From assembly GCA_024704765.1 (NCBI GenBank), contig JAKMXF010000255.1, forward strand, positions 554,806-618,805: a DNA stretch of 64,000 nt. The letters are read 5' to 3'. The stretch's first letter is position 1. Every line of letters begins with the position of its first letter. The notes below the pieces were generated by a model. The model did no database searches, had not been told where the DNA came from, and was given only the letters and a program-made list of their open reading frames with translations. Of this stretch, positions 10,150-23,525 are shown one piece after another. Both the position numbers and the translations under genes were made by a program. The stretch comes from Oopsacas minuta (Eukaryota; Animalia; Porifera).

Positions 10150-12737
10150 TCAAGCACAAAAGCCTGCCTCTACAATCCAAGGAAGATTGTACTCATTCAA
10201 CAAATCAGTGGACATAGTCTTTTGATCATCATCCAGAGGACAAACAACTATACTCACCATATCTGAGAAATCGACTGCGTCAAGAGTTCCCAAACGGTTG
10301 TAATTGACTTCAAGCAGTAGTTTGTTGGGATCTGTTAGAGATTGACACATCATTGCACCCAAACCTATATCGTTATCCAGCTTAAATGCTGCGCTAGCAA
10401 TAAGATTTTCTGATATATCTCCTGAAGAATGATCATTTAAAGCAGTGGTACCAAGGTAATTTGCATTTAGGTTGGAAAGGTCCTGACACCAACCATCACA
10501 ATACATCAAGTTTCCGAGAACCTTTTGTCCCAGATATGTTGCATAACCTTCAGAGAATGCGAAATTTGGAGTGATAGGAGAACCATCATGTGGTCCACCC
10601 CTGTTATTACTGCTCCTGTACGGGCGTTAATCAGATGTCCGAATTCATGCAATAACACAGAGTCATCGAATTCGTCTGGGTCGGTGACATGACCGCCTAT
10701 GGATATCACTCCTCCACTGAAGTATGACACGGGATAATTGGTACCTTTTGCATACTTTCCATTTTCCCAGTCTGCCTTACGTGGATAATCTGTAACCTCT
10801 CCACCATACGAGAGGTAGATAGGAAGCATACGAGTTAAGGTAACCATGATATGGAAAGCTCCAGAACCATCAGCTGTAGTAATAGTAACATCTCTGTTTG
10901 CAGTATCTTCCGCACTTGGAATTATTCCTGCTGTAACACGATACACGTGTATATTTACATCTGAATGATCTGTCACTTCTATCATATTATTTGAGGATAG
11001 GAATTCTACATAGACTGTAGAGTCTACATCTTGAGGTTGATATGAAAGAGAGTATACACCTCTTCGTGAATCAGATACATCACGCTCTACCTGAGATGTT
11101 CCATATACATTTCCTGCATCATCTACAACTCTGACTATACTACCTAATGGATTGAACCTTGACATGGTGGTCATGTAACTCACTGTACCCTTAGCTAAGA
11201 ATCCATTGCAGGTGACATTTACGACTAATACCTCTCTTCCTGCTCCTGCACCTCCTCCATTTGCTTCACTTGGCAAGAATGATCCTTCTACCATTTGGTT
11301 TACGCCACAACCTTCTACCAAAACATCAAAATTTATTGTTTCAGTGATGGAACACGCTGACCACAAATCCACACGTATTATGTACTGTCCTGAGATTGCT
11401 AATTCGTAGTATACATTTTCTGTCTTGATACGATCAATGTTACAACCGGCATTAGAATCAAGATCTAGAAACCCTTCTTGTGCGGATGAGCTTAGATCAC
11501 CGAAATATATTTCTTCATTATTCGGATCGACAACATGAAGATCCATATCTACTTCCTGATCCCAAGTTAATCTAATGTGAAAAGTTCCCATTTCTGATTT
11601 CGAAGTAATAGTTGTGATCGTCTGAACTGGTCCTAATTCCCCTACCATATTTCTCAGACGGATCAACATTTCTATTTGTTCACCATTGCTAACAGATCCA
11701 GTAGGGAGAGTGACCATAAATGATAATGTTTGGGTACTAGCAGGATTTGCTTGACGAATTGATCTACGTCTTTGTGTATTTTGTAGAGAAGATATAGGAA
11801 TAATGAAATGCTGACCAAAACCCTCAAATCCCACTAGAATTTCAATTGCTGTAGAATCTTCACTAATTTCAAGAGGAACTTCTACACTTTGACCTGTAGT
11901 TATGGAAACCTCAAAACTAGGAGGAAGGGTCGCATCTAGTGTACCGTTTGTCGTATTGCTAGCTTCAGTTAATGGAAAGCTTTCCATATCAATAATGCCC
12001 TCAGCTATTGTGAATGGATTAGTTACTCCCAACTGGAAGAATATTTCAATCCCAGGAACCATTAGAGTGCGCTGATCAATGCTATATATTACTAATGGAA
12101 TTGTATGGAACCTTTCTACTGCAACTATATTTGAAGGAATGGTTATCGTCCCTATCAGAATACTTCCGTTCTGTATTATTGTGGAAGTCATTATTGTAGG
12201 TTGTCCGAATATAGAAGTATAGTTCGCTACAAAATGAGACGGATCTCCTGAAACCTCAGCTGTAATGGTTATTTGCATACCAGGATAGATTTGCAAGGGA
12301 TAATCAATGGAAATTAGCATCAAACTAGGATCTTGAACAAGGATGGTAATTTCACCTACACCATTACTGTTGGTGGTTGATTTAGCTTCAACAGTTACAA
12401 TATGGGTTCCGTCCTCTAAGCCTTGTGTTGGTATTTGTAGGTTAGTGGGAAAGAACTTATATGAGTACTTCTGTACTCCATTCAAATACACGAGTACATT
12501 TCCCCGTGTGAATATGCCAGTTGGTAAGGATAGTTCTAGTTCAATGAAACCGTTGGAAAATGCTTCATCTGATGGTATAGTGCTGTCTATGGAGATGATG
12601 AAATTCGATTGTTGACTTGTGGATAACTGGCGCGTTCCAAACCATACGCCAATGCCTATAGTTGCTACTAGGAGTAATCCAATGACTAGGAATACCAGAC
12701 AAAGTAAGAATATCAGGACTGTCTTCTTTGGATCCAT
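10150..12737 (-). pseudogene. Metallopeptidase copy 2 (paralog of 2371-4941), split by a 1-nt deletion; pseudogene or assembly error
   Basis: ORFs 10506-12737 and 10150-10509 together match copy 1 end to end. The C run at 10598-10601 has 4 C against 5 C at 2819-2823 in copy 1. Confidence 0.8.
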
Positions 12738-13049
12738 TGAATTTTGGTAAGCGTTCTTTATTTCTGATTACTGTTGCAATTCGTATTCAGGAGCTAAAAG
12801 ATACATACATTATCAAGACTCATATATCTTTAGTGGAATTCTCTTTGTTAAGAACGATTGGTATTGGTTCATATATATTTCTACTATTCAATGTATCATA
12901 AATTTTTTCTACATATTGATAATTACTACTTGTAGTGTGGCTCAGTCCCATTAATTATTTTCTATCATAATCCAAAAGTGATCAAATACAATGCAACCTT
13001 GCACACTTTTCATCTTCCAATTTTTTCTTCACGAATCTATATTATTAAA

Positions 13050-13462
13050 CCACAATTGTTGTCCGTTTGTTTGTTTGTTTGTTTGTTTGTCTGTTGTCAA
13101 GGAAAGGATTTACGGTATGCAATTTTGAAATTGTCGCATAACTATGTATTTATCGTGTTTATCAAGGAAGTAAATAGAATTCAATAAAACTTCACTAAAT
13201 ATATCGAACATGCTGAATCCGATTTTCGCACTTTTGGGTTAATCATATGAAAATTTATTATTGCTTTTATGAATATAAAGTAAACAAATTTCAAAATTGT
13301 TGTAGAACCATGCTTTCAATGGTTATACTGAGGTAATAGTGTATGCTGAGTCCGAATATGGTATTGTAAACAACATCAAAATTATTAAATCTCAATTGTT
13401 GTTTGTCTGTTTATTTGTCCGTTGAATACCTCAAGGCGCAATGCGACGAGCCGAAGACTCCT
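13050..13462 (+). repeat. Dispersed repeat family A copy with (GTTT)n and GC-rich terminal motif
   Basis: Matches 5920-6130. The end motif tacctcaaggcgcaatgcgacgagccgaagactc resembles the reverse complement of 5461-5516. Confidence 0.8.
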
Positions 13463-14212
13463 AATGTATAAATTTGGAATCATGTTTTAATCGGTTCTCT
13501 CGGTATTTGGATGCTTCCATGCATACAATAATGTACTACAGTAAACTTCCACTCAGGAAACACTTTGCCCCTTAGAGTTTTGGATATGCCACTAAAGGCT
13601 GACTTCTTATAAAGGAACACCTTCATATTAATAACACTTTAGCATTCTCAAATGTGTTCCCTATTTGGATATTTCACGTACATGTTGTTGAAATAGAGAA
13701 CCTCCCTAGCCCACTACTTTTGTTATTGCTGATAATCAATGATCCTCAATCCGAATTATATTAATACAGTAAAATTATCTCAAGACCGAAGTACCTTTAC
13801 ATGATACAAGTTATTGCAGGCAACATGGCATATATTTTATGTGTTAAATGTTGTGAGAGCGATTGATAAGCTTAATGCTAGCACACATATATATAGATTA
13901 CAGTGGACAAACCAAATAATATACTTATACGTTCTGGAATTGTAGAGGGATTTTGGTATTATAGTGTAAATACAAATACGTAATATGGTACTTAGCATTC
14001 ATTAATTTATTATTCCTACCTCTCTTTGTAGTGTTCCACCAGAAATTGAAGAAGGATGAAGGAATGTTCAAGTTGATAATATTTTCTAGATTTATGTTCC
14101 TTTTATACTATTCGCATACTACGTATTGTATTTAATACTTGTAAGTGTGGGCTTGTCAGGAGCATTATGCCATAGTGATTTTCTTATCTAGCATCATACA
14201 TCATACATTCAG

Positions 14213-15002
14213 GCATAGACTAGTATATCATACAGATAGGAAAGTAGTCGAGCAACGAATAAAATAGCGAGGCCATTTATATAAATCTCATAAAAGTTAA
14301 ATTAACCCTTCAAAATTTGTGAATTGGACTTTGTTGGGGTTAGAAAATGTGAAGAATCAGTTAAGACTACCTAAAAAGTTCAAACTGCTATTCTTCATCT
14401 CGTTTAGGCGCATTCAAATCACGACATCAAAATTCACACAAAAGCTCATCAAAAATAGAATTTGTTTACTTTTTGAAATTCTTGCATTTTGATGAATTAA
14501 TATTTATTCATATGGTATAAATAACTTGCGCGTTTTTCTTTAGAATAGAATTCGGATCACATCATCATATCATATTTTTGAAAATTCATAATCTATTTTG
14601 ATAAATATGTATTTTTTCATGTCTATGGTATAATTCAGAAATTTTTCTTCCAATAAGCTAGTTTTAAAGCATGGATCTAACTTGAGTGTGAAGTACATAT
14701 ATGAATTCAAACAATATTATCTTAAAGTTAAATAAAATGCATTTTTTACAAAAATATTTGAGAAAATAGGCAAATAATATAATGCTAACGTCATTGCATA
14801 AATGGCGCCTAAACGAGATGAAGAATGGCAGTTTGAACTTTTTAGGTAGTCTTAACTGATTCTTCACATTTTCTAACCCTAAAAAGTCCAATTTCCAAAT
14901 TTTGAAGGGTTAATTTAACTTTTATGAGATTTATATAAATGGCCTCTCTATTTTATTCGTTACTCAGCTACTTTCCTATCTGTATGATATAGTAGTATAT
15001 GG
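14213..15002. mobile_element. Non-autonomous element with ~200-bp terminal inverted repeats (family B)
   Basis: 14213-14410 is the reverse complement of ~14800-15002 (tatcatacagataggaaagtag...ttcttcatctcgtttaggcgc). Confidence 0.85.
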
Positions 15003-15604
15003 CTCAGGTTAGTAACGGTTTAAGTAATAGCTGACACCGTTTATGATTGAAAGCAGAAATTTGTCAATGTGTTCATTGTGACCTGTAGATTAGACACAAT
15101 AGACACAATTTGCGTGACTTCATAAACCACATAAAATTTGAAACGCGAATAACTCAATAACGATAACAGCTAGAGTAATATTTCAATTGGTGTAGTATAG
15201 ATTAGGATGGACACATTGGCCACCATAACTATCAAGTCACCGTAGTGGAGGTGGTGATGAAAAAGCAAAATTTTCAAAAAGTGAGATTTCGAAATATTTG
15301 ACAGAACTTCAATGTTTGGAAACATTCACAAAAATTTGTAAACATTTGCTTAGTCAGCATAACGTCACGTAATAGTTGAATGCTTTTAACTCCATTTTTA
15401 TATGAGACAGAATAATACTTACAACTGATGAAATGCAGTAGATGCCAAATGGGATACATTTCCCATGATAATAATGACGTCACAATAGTAGAGTAATGAC
15501 GACATACCAAAATTGTAATTTTTGAGATTTCGAAAATTTTACAATATTGTGATATTTTTATTCTATTTTATAGTAACCTGTGAGCGTAGCGGGCAAAATT
15601 ATAT

Positions 15605-15752
15605 AATTACAACCTGTGCCCACAGCTTAGCCTATTGATTAAATTTGTTTAAAGTGGCATTAGTAATTGGAAGTACACATAGTGCCTCCAATTACTATTG
15701 CCACTTAAACAAATTTAATCAATAGACTAAGCTGTCGGCACAGGTTGTAATT
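15605..15752. repeat. Near-perfect 148-bp hairpin
   Basis: Arms of ~69 bp (aattacaacctgtgcccacagcttagcctattgattaaatttgtttaaagtggcattagtaattggaag and its reverse complement) with ~5 differences and a ~10-nt loop. Confidence 0.9.
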
Positions 15753-15959
15753 TTTGGTTTTTGGAAACTTTTGGCCAAGAAAGGGAATCTCGTTATAGGG
15801 CTACAACATCGATAAATTAGTGTATATACTATTGTGTAGAATGTTTTTCAATTATACAATATTATAATCAAATCAAATTAATTCAATCATTTGAAAATAC
15901 TTTGACAATCCACAAGTCTGGAATGTTACTAGCATCCTTACGTATTCAGCGTACTTACT

Positions 15960-16110
15960 TACCCCTGGATAGCTGTTTAGAGCAAGCCTATTCATATAAA
16001 CAGCAATATATTTACATATCAACGGACAAACAAAAAGATAAACAACAATTGAGAATTAATAATATAGGTGTTGTTTACAATACCATATTCGGACTCAGCA
16101 TACTGACTAG
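15960..16110 (-). repeat. Dispersed repeat family A fragment, reverse orientation
   Basis: caacggacaaacaaaaagataaacaacaattgaga...tgtttacaataccatattcggactcagcatact is the reverse complement of 13340-13425. Confidence 0.75.
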
Positions 16111-16380
16111 ATTATAACACCTAATCTACTGGTTTACCTAGTAAATTTGATACTAGGTGATTATCATTTCACATCAAGACTTAAATACTCGATACTAGAT
16201 AAAACACCTATTAAGTGTCAACTACACAGTAAGTAAGGAGCTTTAACTCGTAAAATAGAGGTTAGCACCTAGTACTAGATTTGATCCCTATAATACTAGG
16301 TTTTGATACCACTCCCATACTAACATAGTATTTAGGTATTCTTTGAGAAATAACTAAAATTTTCCTTCTAATGTAGTAGC

Positions 16381-16770
16381 TATAATTTATCTGGATTATC
16401 AAAGGTGTATTTTACAACAGACTTGTCATAAAGATGATGATAACCACTTGTGCTTAGTAGAATTCATAAATTGGATACTTTATAATATAATACTAATAAG
16501 CTCCACACAATGGGTTATAATTTATCTGGATTATCAAAGGTGTATTTTACAACAAACTTGTCATAAAGATGATGATAACCACTTGTGCTTAGTAGAATTC
16601 ATAAAATTGGATACTTTATAATATAATACTAATAAGCTCCACATAATGGGTTATAATTTATCTGGATAATCAAAAGTGTATTTTACAACAAACTTGTCAT
16701 AAAGATGATGATAACCACTTGTGCTTAGTAGAATTCATAAAATTGGATACTTTATAATATAATACTAATA
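16381..16770 (+). repeat. Tandem repeat, 135-136-bp unit, about 2.9 copies
   Basis: The unit tataatttatctggattatcaaaggtgtattttacaac...gtgcttagtagaattcataaa...tactaataagctccac starts at 16381, 16516 and 16652. Confidence 0.95.
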
Positions 16771-16984
16771 CTTTCTTACCACAATATGACAAAACTATTA
16801 GTGTTAAAATTTAATTCTATTATTTACCAAAATTATACGACTATGCTGTGCATAACTATTGTAATTTGATAAAGGGAGCCCACCGATACGAGCTGCCCCG
16901 GAGCCTTTTGATTCTATCGGCCGCCCTAGTAGCGGTTGCCCCACTTAATTATTAAGAATATTACACCCTATTTTCTAGTTATAG

Positions 16985-17914
<930 letters not shown>

Positions 17915-18375
17915 TAAAATTTATTTGTCTAAAATCGATTTAACCAGAGTTTCACATTAGCTCTATTGCACCGCGTAGCACGAATAGACTTTAACAATTA
18001 GAAATAAGATCCATTGATCAAATGCAGCTAGTATGACGTCATTCATAACCATTAGATAACAAACAGCTGTTACGCTTCCTGATACTAGACATACGAGTAT
18101 GGTCATCTTAAATCTTTGTCCAGACTTCAAAACACAATTTCGATTGTGTATGTGGAAGTATATATAAAAATCCGTTGAATTGAGCGCAATATCAACCTTG
18201 GGTAGTACCCTGAGGTCTCGGTTAATTCCGGGTAGATGTCTGGGTCGTTCGGACATTTTCGGGTAGGTTACGACGATCATGCTTACAAGTCTTTCATATT
18301 CATAAAATTATGACCTTTTAGTGTATGATTATTTAGCAAAAGTTTAATTCTTTATTAATATACTTTCTATTAGCT

Positions 18376-19183
18376 ATGCGTTACATTTTGTTTCTACTAT
18401 CAATAAGTCTGTATGTATATACATACTACTGCTATACACTAGAGATCTCACACTCCTGCGACGGAGTAACCTGGGAAAGTAGAGGTGTTGTGAGTATTAA
18501 AACAGAAAAATCTCTTTCAGGGAACTTTTCACAGACTCCTATCTCATCACGTCTGCTCTCCTGTCTCTGGTTGAAAGCTCAGACAGACGAATTCTACCAC
18601 GTCAGAGCTCCTGTCACATTTTCTGAGAAAGAATCTCCATCTGAGACTGCTCAGTTTGTTCATGGATTTACTAAGTCTAGACACCTCTTTTGCTCAGATC
18701 TTTATGACTCTCTCACTATATACACAGACTCAAAAGGTATTTAATACGTCACTATTACGTCACAAATAAACCCTTTAGAAATATGTCTTCTACAGTGAAA
18801 TATTCCGGTTTCGAATGTTTCGTAATGATTCATTAGTATCATATATCAGTATATCCCCAATAGGTGGAGTATTGAGTTTGTTCTCAGAGAGTAAGAGAGG
18901 GTGTGTGACAGGAGAGGAGTGGTCACGTGGTGCTAAGAGTCAGATTAAAGAGAAACTGAGTACTAGTCTCCATCTTGTGCATGCACACCAACATCCCGGG
19001 CCTGAACCTCCGGTAGAAGAATTCCTCAAGGAACATATCGTAGAGAAAGAGAAGAAAGAGAGAGGAGAAGATAAATCATTCTTCCAAAAGTACTGGCAAT
19101 ATCTGCTCATAGGATTTGTAGTATACACACTTATGGGTGTGTTAGTTAAAGCTCCAAGCGAGGAGGGAGGGGAAAGTCACTAG
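18376..19183 (+). CDS. EMC10: ER membrane protein complex subunit 10; join(18376..18736,18864..19183)
   Basis: Signal peptide, LEISHS.DG..W..RG, PGPE, and KSFFQKYWQY followed by a TM helix. The GT-AG intron 18737-18863 is phase-consistent. Confidence 0.85.
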
Positions 19184-19553
19184 ATCATTTTAATTTTAAT
19201 ATTATATCCGTTATGTATGGTGTAATGAAGTTATGAGGAATAGACCAATATACTTTAGTACAGCCATATACCTAGATCATTTCCATTTGTTTCGATAATT
19301 GAGTTATCGAATTATTGCATCTAACTACTAATTCCTACCCTTAGAATGAAGTAAATCAAATTTGACTGTGTTTAGCTATAATTAATTATCCAGTAGTACT
19401 TTTCTTTATTGAAATAACTAAGTAGATAAATTAGTTTATATATTGTGCATGTCGGAATGCAGTTTGTAACTTAGTCTAGATGAAACACACTCAAATATCT
19501 TCTAATTAATCTCATCTATATTTTACAATGTAGCTTATCTCTAACTGTATCTG

Positions 19554-21680
19554 ATGGGCGCTACTCTCCCAACAAATAACCTCTCTGCAGAAGAAACCTC
19601 TACTCACGGACTAGTTATTCCTCTGAACTCAGACACAGACATATCTGACGTTACTGTCACACCCCCTCAAGTCAGGAGAACTTATCAATACCCGCCTCCC
19701 CCTGGAAAGAAGTATTTCGCAGATAATTTCAAACTTGGGACTAGAAAATTCGCTAATCACAATGTACAGGACTTTCTGTTTGGAGATTCCTCAGATTTGA
19801 ACTTCTTACCATCAGAAACTGGTCCTATCCCTTTCAAGAGAGCAGCTGATAACATTCCTATCCCTGCTATCCGCTCTGTATTCAATCTCTATACCGACTC
19901 CCTTAGATTAGTTAATCTTACAGAGGAAGGATTAGATGAATCTGAATACTCTCTAGAGTTTGAATTCGACTCAGAAGTTGATTGTCAGATCTCTGTTCTA
20001 TTCTCCATACCGGTAGAGCATTCTCCTTCATTTCTCTCTAGAAACATCTCAAAAGACTCAGATATGTGTTCTAGAGTATTCTCTTATCCTGCTGGATACA
20101 AGCAAAAGTAAGTTATTATCTATCAACTTTATATGTATTGAGTCTCTCCATTGGCACAAGTGTTACGTACATTGGATTGGCGCGTTTGCTAAAGTTGCTA
20201 TATGCTATGTCAGACTGTACAACCATCCCGATTATGCTTCAAAATCCCGAATCCCATGCAACTTCGATTGGGATAGGAAAATCCATATGTTTACTAAGCA
20301 GATCCGACTATCTTAATAGATTAATTTGTCGATGGTTTATTTTTGTCCGGAATTGATTAAGGAACTGGTAAGAGCTAGAGACTTAAATTTGGCATGCGTC
20401 TGAAATATGATAAATCTAGGAACAAATTCTAAGATCTAAGCGATATCTTAAATCTATCTATGAGATAGGTGTTAAAATGTATTAACCTATCAGATTTGAG
20501 GGTTTACCGATTGTGGTAATAATAAACTATCATATGATAGGCTTTAACCCAATTCTATTAGCATATTATTCAATAGGTCCAATTGCGCAAAATTTTTCAA
20601 ATGGCAATTTGTTAAACCTGTACAAAGTTTGTTAATTGAAATGTACTTAGTAATTAGCCAATGCAACCACCACTATATTGTGAATGATATATACCAATCA
20701 AATGTAGGAGTTACTTACAATTATCTTATCATTTAATTTAATTTGGTTTGGCCACTTCAAGACAAATACAATCACTCTGTTCGGTCTGTTGTATTTACAC
20801 CTGCATTTCGGTTACATGGACGAGCTAGTTATACTATACTGCGATATATTAGTACTTCTATTCCTGCAGATTTTCTGAACAAACTTTCCAGTTCTGTTTC
20901 GGAACTATGTCTAATGACGTCACATACTCTCCCTCCTCCCTCACCTACCCCATTGTGATAAAGCTACAAGCTGACGTACCTATCCCTTGCTCTACTCGTA
21001 TACAGAGTCAGATCCACAGCACGTTAGTCTCAGTGGAGACCGGCATGAACCGGTATAATCTTGTTCTCATGAAGCAGCGTTTAACTGTGGATACACTGAC
21101 ATTCTTACTGCAGGAAATATACGGGCTTAACAAACCAAGAGATGGAGAGGGAGATACTGTCTCTCTAAACTCTCAGAACACTTCATCTTCCATACAGCTA
21201 GAGCCTGGTGAGGAATGTATTGTGTGTTTAGCTGATGCTAAAGACACTCTAATCCTACCATGTCGTCATCTGACTACTTGTGCTCATTGCGCATCTTCCC
21301 TCAAGTTCCAATCTAAGAAGTGCCCGATCTGTCGAAGAGAATTCACAGCTCTACTCCGTATCAGACCGCTGACCAAGTCCCTTCATGGAGCTGTCTCTCC
21401 TCAGGACTCCCCTGCCCCACAACCTGGGACATTCGCCTCTGAGGGCTACCACCATGTGTCTCTATTCCAGGCTGTGCATGGGATCACCCGCTCAGATACC
21501 AGACCCCTTGAAGTACCTAAACATCTCCTCGGGGCTGTATCTACCCCCTCCCCTCCTAATGTCAACAGGACTTCTCAATTAATAGGGGAAGAGACTGTCT
21601 TACCAGTTGCTCCCTATCCTGCTACCACTTATTCGAAAGTGTCCTTTGAAGAGGCTATCTCTCTTCCAGAAGATGTTTGA
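19554..21680 (+). CDS. MGRN1: RING E3 ligase of the MGRN1/RNF157 (Mahogunin) family; join(19554..20107,20870..21680)
   Basis: MG start, FADNFKLG..KF, FLFGDSSDLNFL, FEFDSEVDC, LLQEIYGL, and RING CIVCLADAKDTLILPCRHLTTCAHCA...CPICR. Phase-2 intron 20108-20869. Confidence 0.9.
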
Positions 21681-21919
21681 ATTGATTGATTGATCAATTG
21701 ATGACATGTTTTGACACTAACTATTGATATTTGTAGCTGAACATGCATGTAAATATATTTTAATAAACTTGCTCACAGCTCTTTATAGGATAATTCTAAC
21801 GAGCAACATCGGTTACTATATTCAATATTCCAGCAATCTATTTAGTGATGACAATGATGAAATGCTGGGAGTTTGTATGTAACAACTAAGGTACTAATCA
21901 TATATAAATTTATATGTTG

Positions 21920-22200
21920 TTTTCATAAATATTAAAGCAAACGGATATTTCAAGATTTCAATTATTTGTTTACTTTTTATTCATTAATCAACAAATAAAT
22001 TTACATATGAGAAACTTGAAAATTCGAAATTCGGATTCAGTGTATTGTTACTCCATTGCAGCCATTAAGAGCAAGTCTCTACTATTATTTCTAATTTTCG
22101 ATTATTTGTTTGCTTAACGCCTAGAATGAGGTTGAGGTAACGAAGTAAGCTGAATCCGAATTTAGCATATATTCAAGTTTATCATATGTAAATATATTTT
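21920..22200 (-). repeat. Dispersed repeat family A-related fragments (also ~22880-22980)
   Basis: Shared motifs tttgtttactttttattcat, gctgaatccgaat and tttatgaatataaagtaaacaaat with 13250-13290 and 43560-43730. Confidence 0.6.
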
Positions 22201-23525
22201 TTTATAAATACAGTCAACATTTGTTATCTCACTTTCCCTCCTTTTAATATCCGGTTTATATAGAAAAACTATTCGTTATCTTGAACGAATATTCACTTTC
22301 CTTTGTTGTACTTTTAGTACTTATCGCATCCATTAACTCGGACATTGCTATATAATTAGAACCTCGTTTTTACTGTGCTGACTATAGTATGGTATGGTGG
22401 CTCAGTTTTAAAATGGCTGACTTAGCATATATATATTGCTCACTCTCTTGTTCATACCTTTAGAGATTAGGGCTTCATCTAGAGTTAGGTAACCGGCGTA
22501 CCTTAAGTGTGCATAGATTAAATTTCGCGCACCCTAGTGTATTAAGAACTTGGGGTACCACCTGATACAGGTCAGATTTCGCGGATCCTCATAACTATTT
22601 CCCAAAAATGACGCACCCAGACAAAGGCCTGACTCATAGTGACCTCTAAATGTGCACCTGACATTTGAAAATTTTCTAATGTGTATAATGGGTCCTCTTT
22701 ACTTGTCCACTTGTTCATATATCTCATAAACATTATTCTTTTTCGAATTCTGTAATTGTCCGCTTCGAATCACAATGCCCACTGGTGCACAATTAGAGAG
22801 GACCCATTGTATATATTTCTATGTATGGAAGCAAATCTCAAATTATTGGTACAGACTTGTCTCAGCACATATATGGTAATCAAAAAAGTACTGAATACGA
22901 ATTTCGCATTTCAATTTTCTCATAAATGTCAATTTCTTGTTGATTTTATGAATATAAAGTAAACAAATAATATAAATCTTGAAAGAAATGGGAAATCACG
23001 TTGGCACAGACGCTGATTTGAGAATTTTTGTCTCCAATTTTCATTTTAATACATCTTTCAACAATTCGAACATTCGTTGTTGAAAAATTTTCTTTTCCCG
23101 TGGCAGTCCAAATCACCTGTTGCTGACTGTAGTATATTGTATGTAACAGATTACAGTCCCTACTCTTAAAGTGGAAGCTGATATAGTTTCTGTTCAATAA
23201 ACATACCTAAAATCTTACAATTATTTAAGATTATATCCTGCGCCAACCGTTATAATATATTTTTTATTCAATTTACAGTGCCACAATTAATTCGAGGCCT
23301 TTTCAAAATTATTAATTGTGTTCTCACATTATTTTGTTGAGAAAATTTTATAAACTGACCTAGCTGTACTCCTTCCTGGTCTGTCGGCCAAATTTATTCA
23401 TTTACTTCTTTTCTTGCCTAGTTTCATTACTTTCTTTCCTATACTTTATTTTGATTACCTTAGAACAATCACACAATTATCTCTGTTAAAACTAGTTAAC
23501 AAATACTCAGTTGTGTCTATCTATT

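Noticed and set aside
14664-14891. Short ORFs within repeats (also 12978, 15902, 24285, 7125, 9672)
   Set aside because: They lie in inverted repeats or MITE-like sequence and have low-complexity translations
16381-16770. 135-bp repeats as a CRISPR array
   Set aside because: The whole unit is duplicated with no unique spacers, there are no cas genes, and the context is eukaryotic
16860-16950. Shared GC-rich promoter motif (ccccactta) upstream of DIMT1 and MANEA
   Set aside because: The MANEA instance is part of a MITE terminus (25081-25146), so the match is better explained as a TE fragment or chance
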